A DNA stretch of 64,000 nucleotides from an uncultured Sulfolobales archaeon (GCA_938045815.1 CALIBI010000008.1:6934-70933); one strand, 5' to 3'. Numbered from the stretch's first letter, positions 9,603 to 20,333 are shown. Translations and numbers: made by a program. The notes: a model not told the origin generated them from the letters alone.

Positions 9603-10601
9603 TCAGAGGATTTTCAATAACTTCTCAACGAATAAGTCCATCTCCTCAGGCCTACCTACAGTAACCCTCAGATAATTCCCAAATTCTTTAAGTCTCTCAA
9701 TATTCTCTAAACACAGAGTTAGTATCCCGTCCTGTTTAAGGAGTTCCCAATATTTTCTGCAAGGTTTGTCTAAATCAATGAAGAGGAAGTTAGTCCTACT
9801 ATCTGCTACCCATAAACCCGAACTAGTGAGTGCTTTCTTAACATTCTCTCTAGTCTCAATAATCTTGCTAACTATTTCTCTCATGTAGTAAGAGTCTCTG
9901 AGTGCTCCTAGTACTGCTGCTTGAGTAGTTATTGGTATTTCATATCCTATCCTGAGACCACTAAGAACCTTCTTTATTTTCTCACCAGTGATGAGATACC
10001 CAAATCTGGCTCCAGCCAAGCTAAACGCTTTAGAGACTGTTCTAATAATTGCGACGTTATCATACTCCATAACTAAGTCTCTAAATGTTAGTCCTGAGAA
10101 CTCATAGTAAGCTTCATCCACGAAGACAGCCTTAGCTCTCCTAGCAACCCTCCTTAACGCTTCCGGGTCTTCTAGAAGAAGATTACTCGTGGGGTTGTTA
10201 GGATTTATTAAGTAAACAACGCGTCCCTCAGATACCTCTACAAGCTTACTCACGTCTAGAGTAAAATCCATCCTGCTCAATAACGCGTAGGCGGGTTGGA
10301 TCCCGTAATTGTCTAGTAGGTGATATATGATGTGGAAGGTTGGGTGAGTTAACACAAGCCCTGAATCAATGATCTTAGTGTAAGTCAGCATGAGGGTCAA
10401 TATAGATGACGAACTAGCGAATACATCAATAAACTTTTTATCGATCCCTACATAATTACTTAACTCGTCAAGCAATTCCTCATACAATTGTTCGACATGA
10501 TACAAGTTTAGGAGATTGCTGTACTTGTTTATATACTCAAGCGAGATTCTTGAGGGTGGATATGGTGATTCATTCATGTGGAGTCTCAGCATCTTCACCA
10601 C
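9603..10601 (-). CDS. PLP-dependent class I/II aminotransferase (HisC / CobD-like)
   Basis: LHMNESPYPPS (HisC-like NENP motif), NPNNPTS, DEAYYEF, and SKAFSLAGARFGY containing the PLP lysine. Confidence 0.7.
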   Translation of the reverse strand: MVKMLRLHMNESPYPPSRISLEYINKYSNLLNLYHVEQLYEELLDELSNYVGIDKKFIDVFASSSSILTLMLTYTKIIDSGLVLTHPTFHIIYHLLDNYGIQPAYALLSRMDFTLDVSKLVEVSEGRVVYLINPNNPTSNLLLEDPEALRRVARRAKAVFVDEAYYEFSGLTFRDLVMEYDNVAIIRTVSKAFSLAGARFGYLITGEKIKKVLSGLRIGYEIPITTQAAVLGALRDSYYMREIVSKIIETRENVKKALTSSGLWVADSRTNFLFIDLDKPCRKYWELLKQDGILTLCLENIERLKEFGNYLRVTVGRPEEMDLFVEKLLKIL

Positions 10602-10698
10602 ACCTAATACGATTATTTATTGCTATATTAGCTTATCGTAATCAACTTAATCTTGATTTGCTTTCGTTTCGCTTTCCTCGTAATTATGTAGGGCTATC

Positions 10699-11089
10699 TT
10701 GAGTGATTTGCTGCTTTTTATAGGTCTCGCTACTGCCGCATGTCTTGCTTGGTCTGTAGGATCTAACGATATGACTAACTCAACTAGCATAATAGTCGGT
10801 TCTGGTGTACTCAAATTTAAGCAAGCATTCATTCTTTTCACGATTTTTTCAGTTGATAGGTGCTTTACTACAAGGTTATATGGTTATGAAGACCCTCGGT
10901 AAGGGTGTTGTATCAAGTATCGAGATCGTGGGAGCAATCTCTGCTACGTCAAGTACGAGGAACTGCGAAGAATCAAAAATATCTCAATGCTTAATGCTGA
11001 AAGAAGTGATGGACTCCATAGAGAATTCTGCTGATAAGTGTGAGGACGTAGCGGATGTGCTTAGGAGCATAGCACTACTCTCCATCTAG
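10699..11089 (+). pseudogene. decayed PiT-family phosphate transporter remnant (frameshifted and truncated)
   Basis: Frame A reads LAWSVGSNDMTNSTSIIVGSGVLKFKQAFILFTIF (PiT N-terminal GANDxxN signature). Homology continues in the +1 frame (QLIGALLQGYMVMKTLGKGVV) across a T6 run at 10844-10849. The whole remnant is about 130 codons, versus my recollection of more than 300 for intact PiT. Confidence 0.6.
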
Positions 11090-11152
11090 TAAAGCTACTT
11101 AGACAATAAGCCTCGTATTTAAGCTTAAATATGTTAAGCAAATCTCTATTAC

Positions 11153-11494
11153 GTGAGATCCTTGAAGTACGTTTCAAGACTCCAGGTACAACCTCAAGAA
11201 CCTGTAAAAGGAGTGAAAAGATGGGTTCTAGCTTACGGAAATAACGTAATGATCGTCTACTTCGAGATAGACGAGGGTATTAGGTTCCCTATGCATTCAC
11301 ACGTTCACGAACAAGCAGGATACGTGGTAAAGGGTAGAATTACATTTAAAACACCAAGTAAAGCGATCACGGTATCTGAGGGAGACTCATACATCTTCGA
11401 ATCTAACGAGCCTCACGAAGCTCATAACCCAGGTCCCGGAAAAGCAATAGTAATAGAAGTTTTCTCCCCACCCAGAGAAGATTTCCTCAAATAA
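11153..11494 (+). CDS. cupin domain protein
   Basis: FPMHSHVHEQAGYVVKG...EPHEAHN matches the two cupin His-containing motifs; 113 aa single barrel. Confidence 0.75.
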   Translation: MRSLKYVSRLQVQPQEPVKGVKRWVLAYGNNVMIVYFEIDEGIRFPMHSHVHEQAGYVVKGRITFKTPSKAITVSEGDSYIFESNEPHEAHNPGPGKAIVIEVFSPPREDFLK

Positions 11495-11523
11495 CTACCA
11501 ACTACTAAGAAGATGATGATAAA

Positions 11524-11754
11524 GTGACCAAGCTTAAGAGAAAATCTAGAACTTTAGTCTTGAGAGAACAGAAGATAGTTATTATATTCTGTCCTAGAAT
11601 CTCACGATGTAGAATGACAAAATGCTACACACAGAGAATGTATGAGAAAGAAGAGTTTAATACTTTCTGTGTGAATATGGATGACTATGACGAGAAAAAA
11701 GCCATCTCATCTGTTGAAGATCTTCTTAAGAAGATTAAGAATCTAGGTTCGTGA
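11524..11754 (+). CDS. hypothetical small protein
   Basis: ORF only, with no recognisable motif. It fills the gap between the cupin and moaD-like genes. Confidence 0.3.
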   Translation: MTKLKRKSRTLVLREQKIVIIFCPRISRCRMTKCYTQRMYEKEEFNTFCVNMDDYDEKKAISSVEDLLKKIKNLGS

Positions 11755-11763
11755 TATTACCGA

Positions 11764-11994
11764 TTAACCACCACTAAGAACTGGTAGTATCTTAATTTCA
11801 TCGTCACCACTCACCAGAGTTTCTTCTCCTGACGGTTTTCCATTAACTAGTATTATTTTTGTTTTGAATTCTTCGTATCTTGGTATTAGTTTCCTAAGTA
11901 ATTCATTAACTGGTGTAGGTTCTCTCACCTCTACGTAGACCTCATCTAGACCAACTAAGTGAGCAAAAACTCCGTGAAGCTTCAACTTAACCAT
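11764..11994 (-). CDS. MoaD/ThiS-family ubiquitin-like sulfur carrier
   Basis: 76 aa ending in the diagnostic C-terminal Gly-Gly (ILPVLSGG). Lies directly downstream of the tungsten AOR gene. Confidence 0.8.
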   Translation of the reverse strand: MVKLKLHGVFAHLVGLDEVYVEVREPTPVNELLRKLIPRYEEFKTKIILVNGKPSGEETLVSGDDEIKILPVLSGG

Positions 11995-12064
11995 TATATC
12001 ATACCCTGAAATACTTGAGATTTAAGACTTAATTAAGGGAAAATCGGTTAGTAGCCTATTTAGG

Positions 12065-13930
12065 TCACTCTAGGATGACTTGTTTTTCTAACTCCGGTAT
12101 CACGTACTCTAGATTCAACGCCTTTAATGTTTCTTTCTTAGGTATCCCTCTCTCGTCCCATCCTCTTAATCTGTAGTACTCACTCAGTAATGCGTCATAC
12201 TTGTCTTTATCTAGGTGTTGTCCTTTCAGCGGTCCTTTCTTGAGTCCCTCACTAAACCACCTGATGGGTGGGTAGTCCATAGTTCTGTCCCATTTACCAT
12301 TGAATTCTCTGACCCAGTACGCTCTTATTAGGGTATAGACTCTATCAGCTACTTTGTAAAGGTCCTCCCAAGCGTACTTCACTCCTGTTATTGCTTCCAG
12401 AAGCTTCGGGTAGTATTCTAGACTCAGCCCTACCTCAACCCAGGGTAACCTGCAGGCAGTAAGGATCTCATATAAGCCTCCTCTCAGTCTCTGTAGTTCC
12501 ACTACCTTAGCTGCTTTCTCAAATCCGTAAGTCACTTTATACTCCACACTCTTTCTCTTCTCCCCCTCTATCGGTGCCGTACCTATCTCCCAAGCAATAA
12601 CCCAGGCTTCCTTATGGTGAGCACCTATTGAGGAGGTTCCGTAAGCTAAAGCCATAGCAGGGTATGCGAAGCAGTTATAGCCGCTGACTTCAAGACCTTT
12701 AACATGCATAGCGAACTCCTTACCGCCTAAAGACTCACTTAACCTCATGACACCCTCAGCTGCTAGTCTACCTAACTCAGTTCTCCTGTACGCTATGTTT
12801 AAAACTAGTTCTCTCGCTTTCTTGAAATCACCGAATTCTGGAGCTTCATCATCTCTTATTAACTTCTTCTCCCTCGCTTCCATAACGAAACCTATGACTC
12901 CCCCAAGAGATATCGTGTCTAGCCCTAACTCATCAGCTAGTCTATTAAGCACTGCTACCTCATTCAGCTTACCTATACCTAGGTTTGAACCCAACAACGC
13001 TACGTTCTCGTAATCAAGTTCGCTTCCTCTGGCCTCAGCGTCCAGAACTACATTACCGCACTGCATGTTGCAGTAGGGGCACCCTCTCTGACCAATCTTC
13101 ATTCCCTCCATGGTGTACCCATCAATACTTCTAGAAAACTCGAAAATCCCGTCACTAAAATTCCTAACAGGTAGAGCTGAGTTCTCATTACACCACTCGA
13201 CAGCGGCCATAGTTCCTTGCCTACGCCAGAATGTGTAGGAAGGTGAGTTAAGTATGGCTCTGTAAGCTTCTTGCGAAAGCTTAGTTAAGGCTTCTTTATC
13301 AGCAACAGGTATCTCCTTAGTTCCTCTCACAACGACAGCCTTAAGTTTTTTACTACCCATCACAGCACCCATGCCTGGTCTACCGCCAGACCTACCCTCC
13401 TGAGATATCACGACCGCGTACCTAACTAGATTCTCCCCGCCAGGACCTATACTTAGAACTCCAACATCCCTGCCGTGAGTCTCCTTAAGTATCTTCTCAG
13501 TATCAAACGTGGTCTTACCCCACAGACCCTCAGCACTCAGTATGCTCACGTTATCATTCTCTATATAGATATAGACAGGCCTCCTAGCAACACCCTCAAC
13601 AACTAGAGCGTCATATCCAGCCTTCCTTAAGTGTACGCTAGCCATAGTACCTAAGTTACCGTCACCGTAACCACCCGTCAAAGGACTCTTAGACGCTACG
13701 ACCATCTTACCCCCACTAGGTGTTGGGAGCCCGTTAAAGGGTCCGCACGCAAAGATTAATTTATTATCAGGACCTAGAGGATCAACTCCTCTAACCTCAT
13801 CCCACAATATCTTAACGGCTAATCCTCTCCCACCTATAAAGTTAAGAGCGTCCTCGTAGGGGTATTCATGAACCTTGACAGTACCACTACTTAAATTAAC
13901 TCTTAATATCCTGCCCCACCAGCCCCTCAC
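12065..13930 (-). CDS. tungsten-containing aldehyde:ferredoxin oxidoreductase family enzyme (AOR/FOR-like)
   Basis: N-terminus [24 protein letters not shown], and a CPYCNMQC cysteine cluster region. 621 aa is close to my recollection of Pyrococcus FOR size. Confidence 0.9.
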   Translation of the reverse strand: MRGWWGRILRVNLSSGTVKVHEYPYEDALNFIGGRGLAVKILWDEVRGVDPLGPDNKLIFACGPFNGLPTPSGGKMVVASKSPLTGGYGDGNLGTMASVHLRKAGYDALVVEGVARRPVYIYIENDNVSILSAEGLWGKTTFDTEKILKETHGRDVGVLSIGPGGENLVRYAVVISQEGRSGGRPGMGAVMGSKKLKAVVVRGTKEIPVADKEALTKLSQEAYRAILNSPSYTFWRRQGTMAAVEWCNENSALPVRNFSDGIFEFSRSIDGYTMEGMKIGQRGCPYCNMQCGNVVLDAEARGSELDYENVALLGSNLGIGKLNEVAVLNRLADELGLDTISLGGVIGFVMEAREKKLIRDDEAPEFGDFKKARELVLNIAYRRTELGRLAAEGVMRLSESLGGKEFAMHVKGLEVSGYNCFAYPAMALAYGTSSIGAHHKEAWVIAWEIGTAPIEGEKRKSVEYKVTYGFEKAAKVVELQRLRGGLYEILTACRLPWVEVGLSLEYYPKLLEAITGVKYAWEDLYKVADRVYTLIRAYWVREFNGKWDRTMDYPPIRWFSEGLKKGPLKGQHLDKDKYDALLSEYYRLRGWDERGIPKKETLKALNLEYVIPELEKQVILE

Positions 13931-13973
13931 AAAGAACCACCATAAAAATACTTTCGAAGAACTATAAATATTT

Positions 13974-14876
13974 TCAACCTAAGGTTATCTCGGAAACACA
14001 CTCCTCAAAAACTACTTGAGGTAGGTAATACTTAAGGTCCTCCCCAGTAAACCACACGTTAGAAGCTCTCCATACTTTAAGAGATGCTATCACAACCCCC
14101 GCTCTCACAGCGTGAAGAAGATCTTTCCCCTCAGCCATATAGTGCGCTACTGACGCAGTAAACACGTCCCCAGCACCTACCTCGTCAGTGCTAGTTACTC
14201 TCAGCGGAACAACTTTAAAGCACCTACTATTGTGAAGTAGGTATACATCTGTAGAATCCGTAGTTATGGCTACGGCAGTATCTCTCAACTTCTTAGACTT
14301 CATTAAGGTCTTGATTACTTGATTGGCGTCACACGAAAAACAAAATTCCCTAAGATTTCCGTGAGTGAAGTTTACTAAGCTCATCAAATCTAGCAAATCC
14401 TCATACCAAAAACACTCAATACCCTTACTAGTAGAAATCCTGACCAAACCTTGAATATCAAGAACTTTTAACGCTTTAAATTCACTCAAGGATTCTAACA
14501 AATTGATATACTCCCTAACATCTATTTCTCTGTAAACAGGTGCTAAGAAAATAATGTCTGGTTTAATAACGCTTATTAGCTTTCCCGCTACCTCAGCCGG
14601 TATCCTACACTCACTAACAAAAACATTGACTGCTTTACCGTTCTTTATTACGAAGCGGGGTATTCCACCACACTTAACAGCGTGTAAGGAAATCCCCAAG
14701 TCATGGAAAGTCTGGTAAAAGTAACTTGAGACGTTGTCGTCTATCGTTGTCAGAACGTGTGTCTCGTCTCCCAGATACCTAGATAGTGTTAATCCTCCGT
14801 AATAGGTAGTGCCACCAATCCTGACGGTATCGTTAATCACATCAATAGTTGTTGAACCTATTATCAGTGCTTTCAT
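13974..14876 (-). CDS. PfkB-family carbohydrate/nucleoside kinase
   Basis: C-terminal GAGDVFTA anion-hole motif and ribokinase-like length. Substrate not determinable. Confidence 0.75.
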   Translation of the reverse strand: MKALIIGSTTIDVINDTVRIGGTTYYGGLTLSRYLGDETHVLTTIDDNVSSYFYQTFHDLGISLHAVKCGGIPRFVIKNGKAVNVFVSECRIPAEVAGKLISVIKPDIIFLAPVYREIDVREYINLLESLSEFKALKVLDIQGLVRISTSKGIECFWYEDLLDLMSLVNFTHGNLREFCFSCDANQVIKTLMKSKKLRDTAVAITTDSTDVYLLHNSRCFKVVPLRVTSTDEVGAGDVFTASVAHYMAEGKDLLHAVRAGVVIASLKVWRASNVWFTGEDLKYYLPQVVFEECVSEITLG

Positions 14877-14921
14877 GCTCGATCAATACTAATACTGTTC
14901 TCAAGACTTAATTAGAGTGTT

Positions 14922-16205
14922 TTGTTTATTTTTTGGTCTGGTCAAATGATGTGGGAGTTCGTGGTTGTTACTGCGTCGTTAGCTGCCCTCCTCACATTAG
15001 TGAGGCTTGGAATTAGTGTGGGTGTCGCGCTCGTGGTGGAAGGCTTACTTATAGTCACCTTAATGAATCCTCTACTACTGCCTAACGTGTTTTTACAGAC
15101 CTTAACTAGTGATAGGACCTTATCGCTGGTTTTAGCCTCACTCTCTATCTCTCTACTAGTCGAACTCTACAGTTTGACCCACATGATTAATAAGCTGAGT
15201 GATGAGCTTCTAGGATGTATTAGGAAACCAGTTTTGATAATGGTCGTAGTGCCGGCTGTTATGGGTCTGCTACCTATTGCTGGAGGAGCACTAATGTCAG
15301 CACCTGTAGTAGCAAGCGTAGGTACTGCCATGGGGTTAAGCACTGCCTTAATGGCTTTCCTTAATGTCTGGTTCAGACACACAATATTCTTAGTCTACCC
15401 AATGAGTCAAGTCTTAATAACTGCAGCAGCATTAACAGGTCATTCCGTCGTTGAGTTAGCGATGTATCAGGTACCTATGATGGTTTTGATGATGCTTATA
15501 GGACTCTACGTAACCCGCAAGAACAGTAAGCAGGTTACGATGCTGGAGAGACCTGATTCTAGAAAATACAGCTCAAAGAATCTGCTTATTTTCTTGTCAC
15601 CCATACTAGGTTCCATAATAGTAGCTCTAATAACTCGCCAAATACTAGACATGTTAAAATACTATAGCGACTACAGCGTCGCTGTAGGAGGCTTCTTCGG
15701 AGTTGCTTTGATTACTTACTTATCGTTAGTTAATAATGAAAAAAGTGTAGACCTAAGTAAGCTCTTTACTGCTTTAAGGAGTGAGAGAGTCATGAACATG
15801 GTTTTATCAAGCTTCGGAGCTATGTTCATATACTACGCCATGATAAATACGGGAATCTCAACCTCAATAGGTTCTGTAGTAAGCAGTATTAAGTTTCCTG
15901 TAGTTGTAACTGAGGTGTTATTGCCGGGGTTTATGAGCCTAATATCAGGTTCCCCGATAGTTGGTGTGGCCTCGTCAGTACCGCTACTAGCAGGTCTCAA
16001 AACGTTTAGTCTCGGTGACGCGTCCCTAATATATCTTTCAGCTTTCTTATTTTATGTTGCGTCACCAGTACATCTATGCCTGGTTTTCACAACGCAGTAC
16101 TTCAGAGAAAACATCTTTAAGGTTTACAAGTACTTGATTCCCGCAATAGCACTTACTTTCTCTGCAGCTATTTCTTACTATTACGTAATACTAGCTCTTC
16201 ATTAA
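14922..16205 (+). CDS. polytopic membrane protein (possible DUF401-type transporter)
   Basis: About 10-12 hydrophobic segments throughout and no soluble domain. Family assignment is tentative. Start may be the MMWEF methionines. Confidence 0.55.
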   Translation: MFIFWSGQMMWEFVVVTASLAALLTLVRLGISVGVALVVEGLLIVTLMNPLLLPNVFLQTLTSDRTLSLVLASLSISLLVELYSLTHMINKLSDELLGCIRKPVLIMVVVPAVMGLLPIAGGALMSAPVVASVGTAMGLSTALMAFLNVWFRHTIFLVYPMSQVLITAAALTGHSVVELAMYQVPMMVLMMLIGLYVTRKNSKQVTMLERPDSRKYSSKNLLIFLSPILGSIIVALITRQILDMLKYYSDYSVAVGGFFGVALITYLSLVNNEKSVDLSKLFTALRSERVMNMVLSSFGAMFIYYAMINTGISTSIGSVVSSIKFPVVVTEVLLPGFMSLISGSPIVGVASSVPLLAGLKTFSLGDASLIYLSAFLFYVASPVHLCLVFTTQYFRENIFKVYKYLIPAIALTFSAAISYYYVILALH

Positions 16206-16226
16206 CTAAAATAATGAGGTGTAGGT

Positions 16227-16721
16227 TTACTTTCTTTCAGCCAGCTTAGCATCTAGTATTAAGAGTGAGGGCTTATGATCCCCTATCATCTTGATCTTAG
16301 TTAATAGATCGTTAGCACTACTTACCTCCTCCACCTGCTCATCTATAAACCACTTAAGGAAGGATTCAACCGCCTTGTTATTTTCTTCCCTAGCTGCGTC
16401 CATCAACTCATAAAATCTCTTAGTATTCTCCACCTCAGTAACGTAAAAGTCTTCAATAACCTCAATCACAGAACCCCACGAAGTTTTTGGTTGAGGAACT
16501 TCTGTCAAGATTACCTTACCGCCAGCATCATAAATAAATTCGTAGATCTTCATAGCATGACCTAGTTCCTCCTTAGCTTGAACCTTGAAGTAATGTGCGA
16601 AGCCCTTAAAGCCTAAGCCATCAAAATACGCGGACATCGAAAGATATAAGTACGCGTTTCTTAACTCCTGATTTAATTGCTTGTTAAGCAATTCCTGCAT
16701 TCTGAGACTTAGTAAAGACAT
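16227..16721 (-). CDS. ferritin
   Basis: LNKQLNQELRNAYLYLSMSAYFD...AKEELGHAMKIYEFI are ferroxidase-centre helices. I place the start at ATG 16721 (MSLLSLRMQELL) because GGTGAG SD lies 4 nt upstream and a TATTTAAGG box about 35 nt upstream. The track ORF extends to 16784. Confidence 0.85.
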   Translation of the reverse strand: MSLLSLRMQELLNKQLNQELRNAYLYLSMSAYFDGLGFKGFAHYFKVQAKEELGHAMKIYEFIYDAGGKVILTEVPQPKTSWGSVIEVIEDFYVTEVENTKRFYELMDAAREENNKAVESFLKWFIDEQVEEVSSANDLLTKIKMIGDHKPSLLILDAKLAERK

Positions 16722-16803
16722 TATCTCACCATGTAGTATTAATGTTAGAAACCTTAAATACTTTTCTCGAAAACTAAATAACAAAAACAGAAAACTTTAA
16801 AAC

Positions 16804-17712
16804 TTGCTTGGTATTCTTCTGGGGGAAGCCTTAGTGAGTGTTTATGTGATCAATGAAGAAAGAGTTAAGGCAGTGAGCACTGTTTTTAAGTCTATAGGTC
16901 TTGAAGGTTGTGAAGAATTCATGCGTGTTGATCCTCAGTACGTGTCTCTAAGCAGACTGCAGAGATTCTGTGGCGCGATCTCCGTGGAGCTTGTTGCAGT
17001 GAATAGTCTAGTCTCCTACGTTCTCAGCATGAGAGGTGAGAAATTCTGGAACTTATTCACAGACTTCACTACGAGTAAGTGCAGCGAGATAAGAGACTTA
17101 AGAGATGCTGTGAAGCTCGTTAAGGAATTCACGCGTAACCACAATAAGCTTTATTTAGAAGCTAAGATGAAGAGGCTTGAGAGAGTACTGAAGTGTGCTG
17201 ACGCGTTCAAGAGTTTGAGGTTAGGCCAAATCAAAGAATACTTAAGTAAGCTGTCTTTATGTATTGATGCCGAAAAAGAATCCAAAACCGTGGTTTTCTC
17301 TGCTAAGATGGCCTACTACGTTCTCAGATCCACTAAAGCAAACGCTGATCTCTCGGGAATTTCAATACCTGTAGACAGGAGAGTCACGTTAGTAACTCTC
17401 ACAGCAGGTCTCTTATCACCTACCAGGAAGACTATAAAGACGTTTATAGAGCTAGAAAACCTAGCTAAAGAGCTACTAAAACATCCTAAGAATGTTAGAG
17501 TAGTTTGGGATATGGTTAGTGAAGAGTCTGGAATCCCGGCACTACTCATTGACACGCCGCTCTGGCTAATAGGAGGATACATCAAAACATCGAAAGAAAA
17601 CGAGATAGTTAAGAATCTGATGAGCTTAGGACTACTGATTGATGAGTCTCTCCTAAAACGTCTAGTTAATGAATTAACCTACGTGTTAAGAACTAAGCTC
17701 TCACCTCCTTAA
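16804..17712 (+). CDS. archaeal 8-oxoguanine DNA glycosylase (AGOG family)
   Basis: Collinear with recalled Pyrococcus AGOG: VAVNSLVSYVLSMRGEKFWNLF, ESKTVVFSAKMAYY, ISIPVDRRV, ESGIPALLIDTPLWLIGG. The true start is probably an internal GTG. Confidence 0.75.
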   Translation: MLGILLGEALVSVYVINEERVKAVSTVFKSIGLEGCEEFMRVDPQYVSLSRLQRFCGAISVELVAVNSLVSYVLSMRGEKFWNLFTDFTTSKCSEIRDLRDAVKLVKEFTRNHNKLYLEAKMKRLERVLKCADAFKSLRLGQIKEYLSKLSLCIDAEKESKTVVFSAKMAYYVLRSTKANADLSGISIPVDRRVTLVTLTAGLLSPTRKTIKTFIELENLAKELLKHPKNVRVVWDMVSEESGIPALLIDTPLWLIGGYIKTSKENEIVKNLMSLGLLIDESLLKRLVNELTYVLRTKLSPP

Positions 17713-17890
17713 TCCATGCATGAAGACCTCAAGATATAATGTGTTGGCTGAAGCCTGGCTCTGCTTAGTTATTCATCCTACGTAGTGCTCCATACCATCA
17801 AATTAATGACTAAGTAAGTATTAGGTATGAGAACCCGCACCATTCTTAAGGTTTATTATGTTATTACGTAGTAGTACGTGGGGGGTGTGC

Positions 17891-19171
17891 TTGGAGTTTG
17901 ACATAACTTATGTTAAGGCTCTTCAAGTGCTTGATTCGAGGGGTAATCCAACAGTAGAGGTAGTAGTAATTACTGAGGGAGGCGGGTATGGGAGGTCAAT
18001 AGCTCCTGCAGGAGCATCCAGAGGTAAGAAAGAAGCTATAGATCTCAGAGACGGTGGTACTAGATTTTTCGGTATGGGTGTTTCTAAAGCTGTGGAGGCG
18101 GTTAATAAAGTATTGAGCCCGGCTCTGGTAGGGCTTAACTCTTCTGATTACAGGCGTGTTGACAAGAAGATAATAGAGGTTGATGGAACACAGAATAAAT
18201 CAAGAATAGGCGGTAATGCCTGCGTAGCTACCTCATTAGCTAACATCAAAGCCGCTGCCGACACTATGGGTGTTCCATTATTCACATTCATAGGAGGCTT
18301 CAAAGCAAGACTCCTCCCAACACCGCTCATGAACATAATTAATGGCGGTGCTCACGCAGGTAACGAGCTAACCTTCCAAGAATTCATGATAATACCTGTA
18401 GGAGCTGACAGATTTAGTGAAGCTTTAAGAATAGGTGTTGAAGTTTACTGGAGTTTGAAGAAGTTTCTTAAGGAGAAGTACGGGCCCGGCGCTATCAACG
18501 TAGGCGATGAAGGGGGTTTCGCACCCCCGTTAAAGAAGGTTGAGGACGCTCTGGAAGCACTTTCCGAGGCTGTCAAGCTAGCAGGGTACTCACTAGGTAA
18601 TGAGGTACTGGTAGGTATAGATGCTGCTGCCAGTCAGTTTTACAACGAGAAAAACAACAAGTACGTGGTAGACAAGAAATCACTAAGTACTGAAGAGTTA
18701 TTGAACGTATATCTAGATCTTACGACTAGGTATCCTATAGCTTATCTTGAAGACCCATTTTATGAGGAAACACCAACAGCTTTCGGCGAGTTACGTAAAC
18801 ACCTCAGGAAAACCTTAGTAATAGGTGATGACTTAACCGTAACGCGGGAAGACCTAGTGACGCGGTACCTTAAGGAGGGCTTCATAGACGGAGCAATAAT
18901 CAAGGTTAACCAAGTAGGCACTTACACGGAAGCAGAAGACTCAGTAAGAGTCCTCCTAAGTAACGGCGGTAAGGCAGTAATCAGTCACAGGAGTGGTGAG
19001 ACAGAAGATAACACAATAGCACACATCGCGGTAGGTCTGGAGACAGGGTTAATAAAAACAGGTGCTCCTGCTAGGGGTGAAAGAACAGCAAAATATAACG
19101 AACTCCTCAGAATAGAGGATTATCTAGGTGAGGAAGCATTATTTGCTGGTGTTAAGCCACTACTCAAATAA
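17891..19171 (+). CDS. eno: enolase
   Basis: VLDSRGNPTVEV, SRGKKEA, NGGAHAGN, SHRSGETED, KTGAPARGERTAKYN. Start set at TTG 17891 (MEFDITYV), which has GGGGGTG SD 4 nt upstream. The track ORF begins at 17858. Confidence 0.9.
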   Translation: MEFDITYVKALQVLDSRGNPTVEVVVITEGGGYGRSIAPAGASRGKKEAIDLRDGGTRFFGMGVSKAVEAVNKVLSPALVGLNSSDYRRVDKKIIEVDGTQNKSRIGGNACVATSLANIKAAADTMGVPLFTFIGGFKARLLPTPLMNIINGGAHAGNELTFQEFMIIPVGADRFSEALRIGVEVYWSLKKFLKEKYGPGAINVGDEGGFAPPLKKVEDALEALSEAVKLAGYSLGNEVLVGIDAAASQFYNEKNNKYVVDKKSLSTEELLNVYLDLTTRYPIAYLEDPFYEETPTAFGELRKHLRKTLVIGDDLTVTREDLVTRYLKEGFIDGAIIKVNQVGTYTEAEDSVRVLLSNGGKAVISHRSGETEDNTIAHIAVGLETGLIKTGAPARGERTAKYNELLRIEDYLGEEALFAGVKPLLK

Positions 19172-19221
19172 TAGTTTTCTTCTCCAAGAATACTTACAGA
19201 GAAATACCAGTATTCATGATT

Positions 19222-19470
19222 TTAGGGCATTATGATAGCAATTACCAGAAACACTATGCCTAGACCCAGCATTACGAGAGAGAACTCCTTTACGCGCATA
19301 CTGAAGAGAAGTTTACCTAGCCTTATGATGCCGTATGCTGCGTACCCGAGAACCACCAGAATTATTAGAGTTATCCCGACAACCGCGAGTATCGTAGTTA
19401 AGCTACTTGTTCCTAAGTTCTGGAGCGGAGCGAATATATTATTTAATACCTCAAGTACTTCAACTCCCAA
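19222..19470 (-). CDS. small membrane protein, 2 TM
   Basis: Two long hydrophobic helices and no other signal. Confidence 0.4.
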   Translation of the reverse strand: MGVEVLEVLNNIFAPLQNLGTSSLTTILAVVGITLIILVVLGYAAYGIIRLGKLLFSMRVKEFSLVMLGLGIVFLVIAIIMP

Positions 19471-19538
19471 TCACTTCACCGAGATAGTCCTCATATCACG
19501 TAATTACTTAAAAAGCTTTAGCTTCTTAGTGTGAGTCC

Positions 19539-20333
19539 TCACGGAGAAAAGAACTCAATAGATTTGAGCATTGTGTGAGTTAGTTCAGGGTGTTTTAAAG
19601 CCACTTGAAGAACCAAGTCTTTTATTATCTCGTTAATTCTACAGTTAGTCTTGGGAAGGATGGGTTCTGCATCAAGTAGTTCTACGAACTTAAGCACGTG
19701 TGAGAGGGCTATCACATCCGCCCTATCTACTCGTGCATAAGGAAGTATGAGAGGAATTCTGTTAGCTAAGTACTCTTCCGTCTTCAGAACCTTCAAATTC
19801 CCCACCCCTAATATCACGTGCTCTAAGAAAGCTTCATTAAGGTCTGTTAGAGTGTAAGGAAGCAACACTGCTTGAGTGTCCTCAACCAACACAACATTCT
19901 CTTTTATATTTTTCAGACTCTTCTCTAAAGACTTTATAGTATAGCATTCGACACTCTCAACTACTTTCTCGAGAACGCTATATCTTACATTCTTATACTC
20001 CTCTAAACGCTTGTCTAATTCTCTTTCTTTAATTACTTTCAGAACCTCTCTAGAAGTCATTACGGAAACTACACCTCCAAATTTCTTCTCAATTTTTGCG
20101 AGCACGTAAGCTAGTGAGAAGCCTTCAAGGATTCTGTCAGCAGGTATGTAAACCGTTATTATGGGGTTCTTACCTAGCTTGGTTCTCCCAGAAAAACTGC
20201 GTTTCACGTACGTCTCGAGAGATTCTTCTAGACAAACTGAACACAGTTTCTCTCCTGAACTTTGCCTGTAGTAGAAAGCTTCTCGTCTTCTACACGTAGT
20301 GCATGAAACCTTGGATTTAGTAGTTAACGACAT
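19539..20333 (-). CDS. TtuA/Ncs6-like protein with N-terminal CxxC zinc finger but no PP-loop
   Basis: CTTC-x17-CSVC followed by the usual adenine-nucleotide alpha-hydrolase layout. The SGGKDS position reads YIPADR, and the later HNLDDEA-like block reads YTLTDLNEA. Confidence 0.5.
   Translation of the reverse strand: MSLTTKSKVSCTTCRRREAFYYRQSSGEKLCSVCLEESLETYVKRSFSGRTKLGKNPIITVYIPADRILEGFSLAYVLAKIEKKFGGVVSVMTSREVLKVIKERELDKRLEEYKNVRYSVLEKVVESVECYTIKSLEKSLKNIKENVVLVEDTQAVLLPYTLTDLNEAFLEHVILGVGNLKVLKTEEYLANRIPLILPYARVDRADVIALSHVLKFVELLDAEPILPKTNCRINEIIKDLVLQVALKHPELTHTMLKSIEFFSP

Noticed and set aside
10647-10841. 64-aa minus-strand ORF
   Set aside because: It is antisense to the PiT remnant, which explains the region better.
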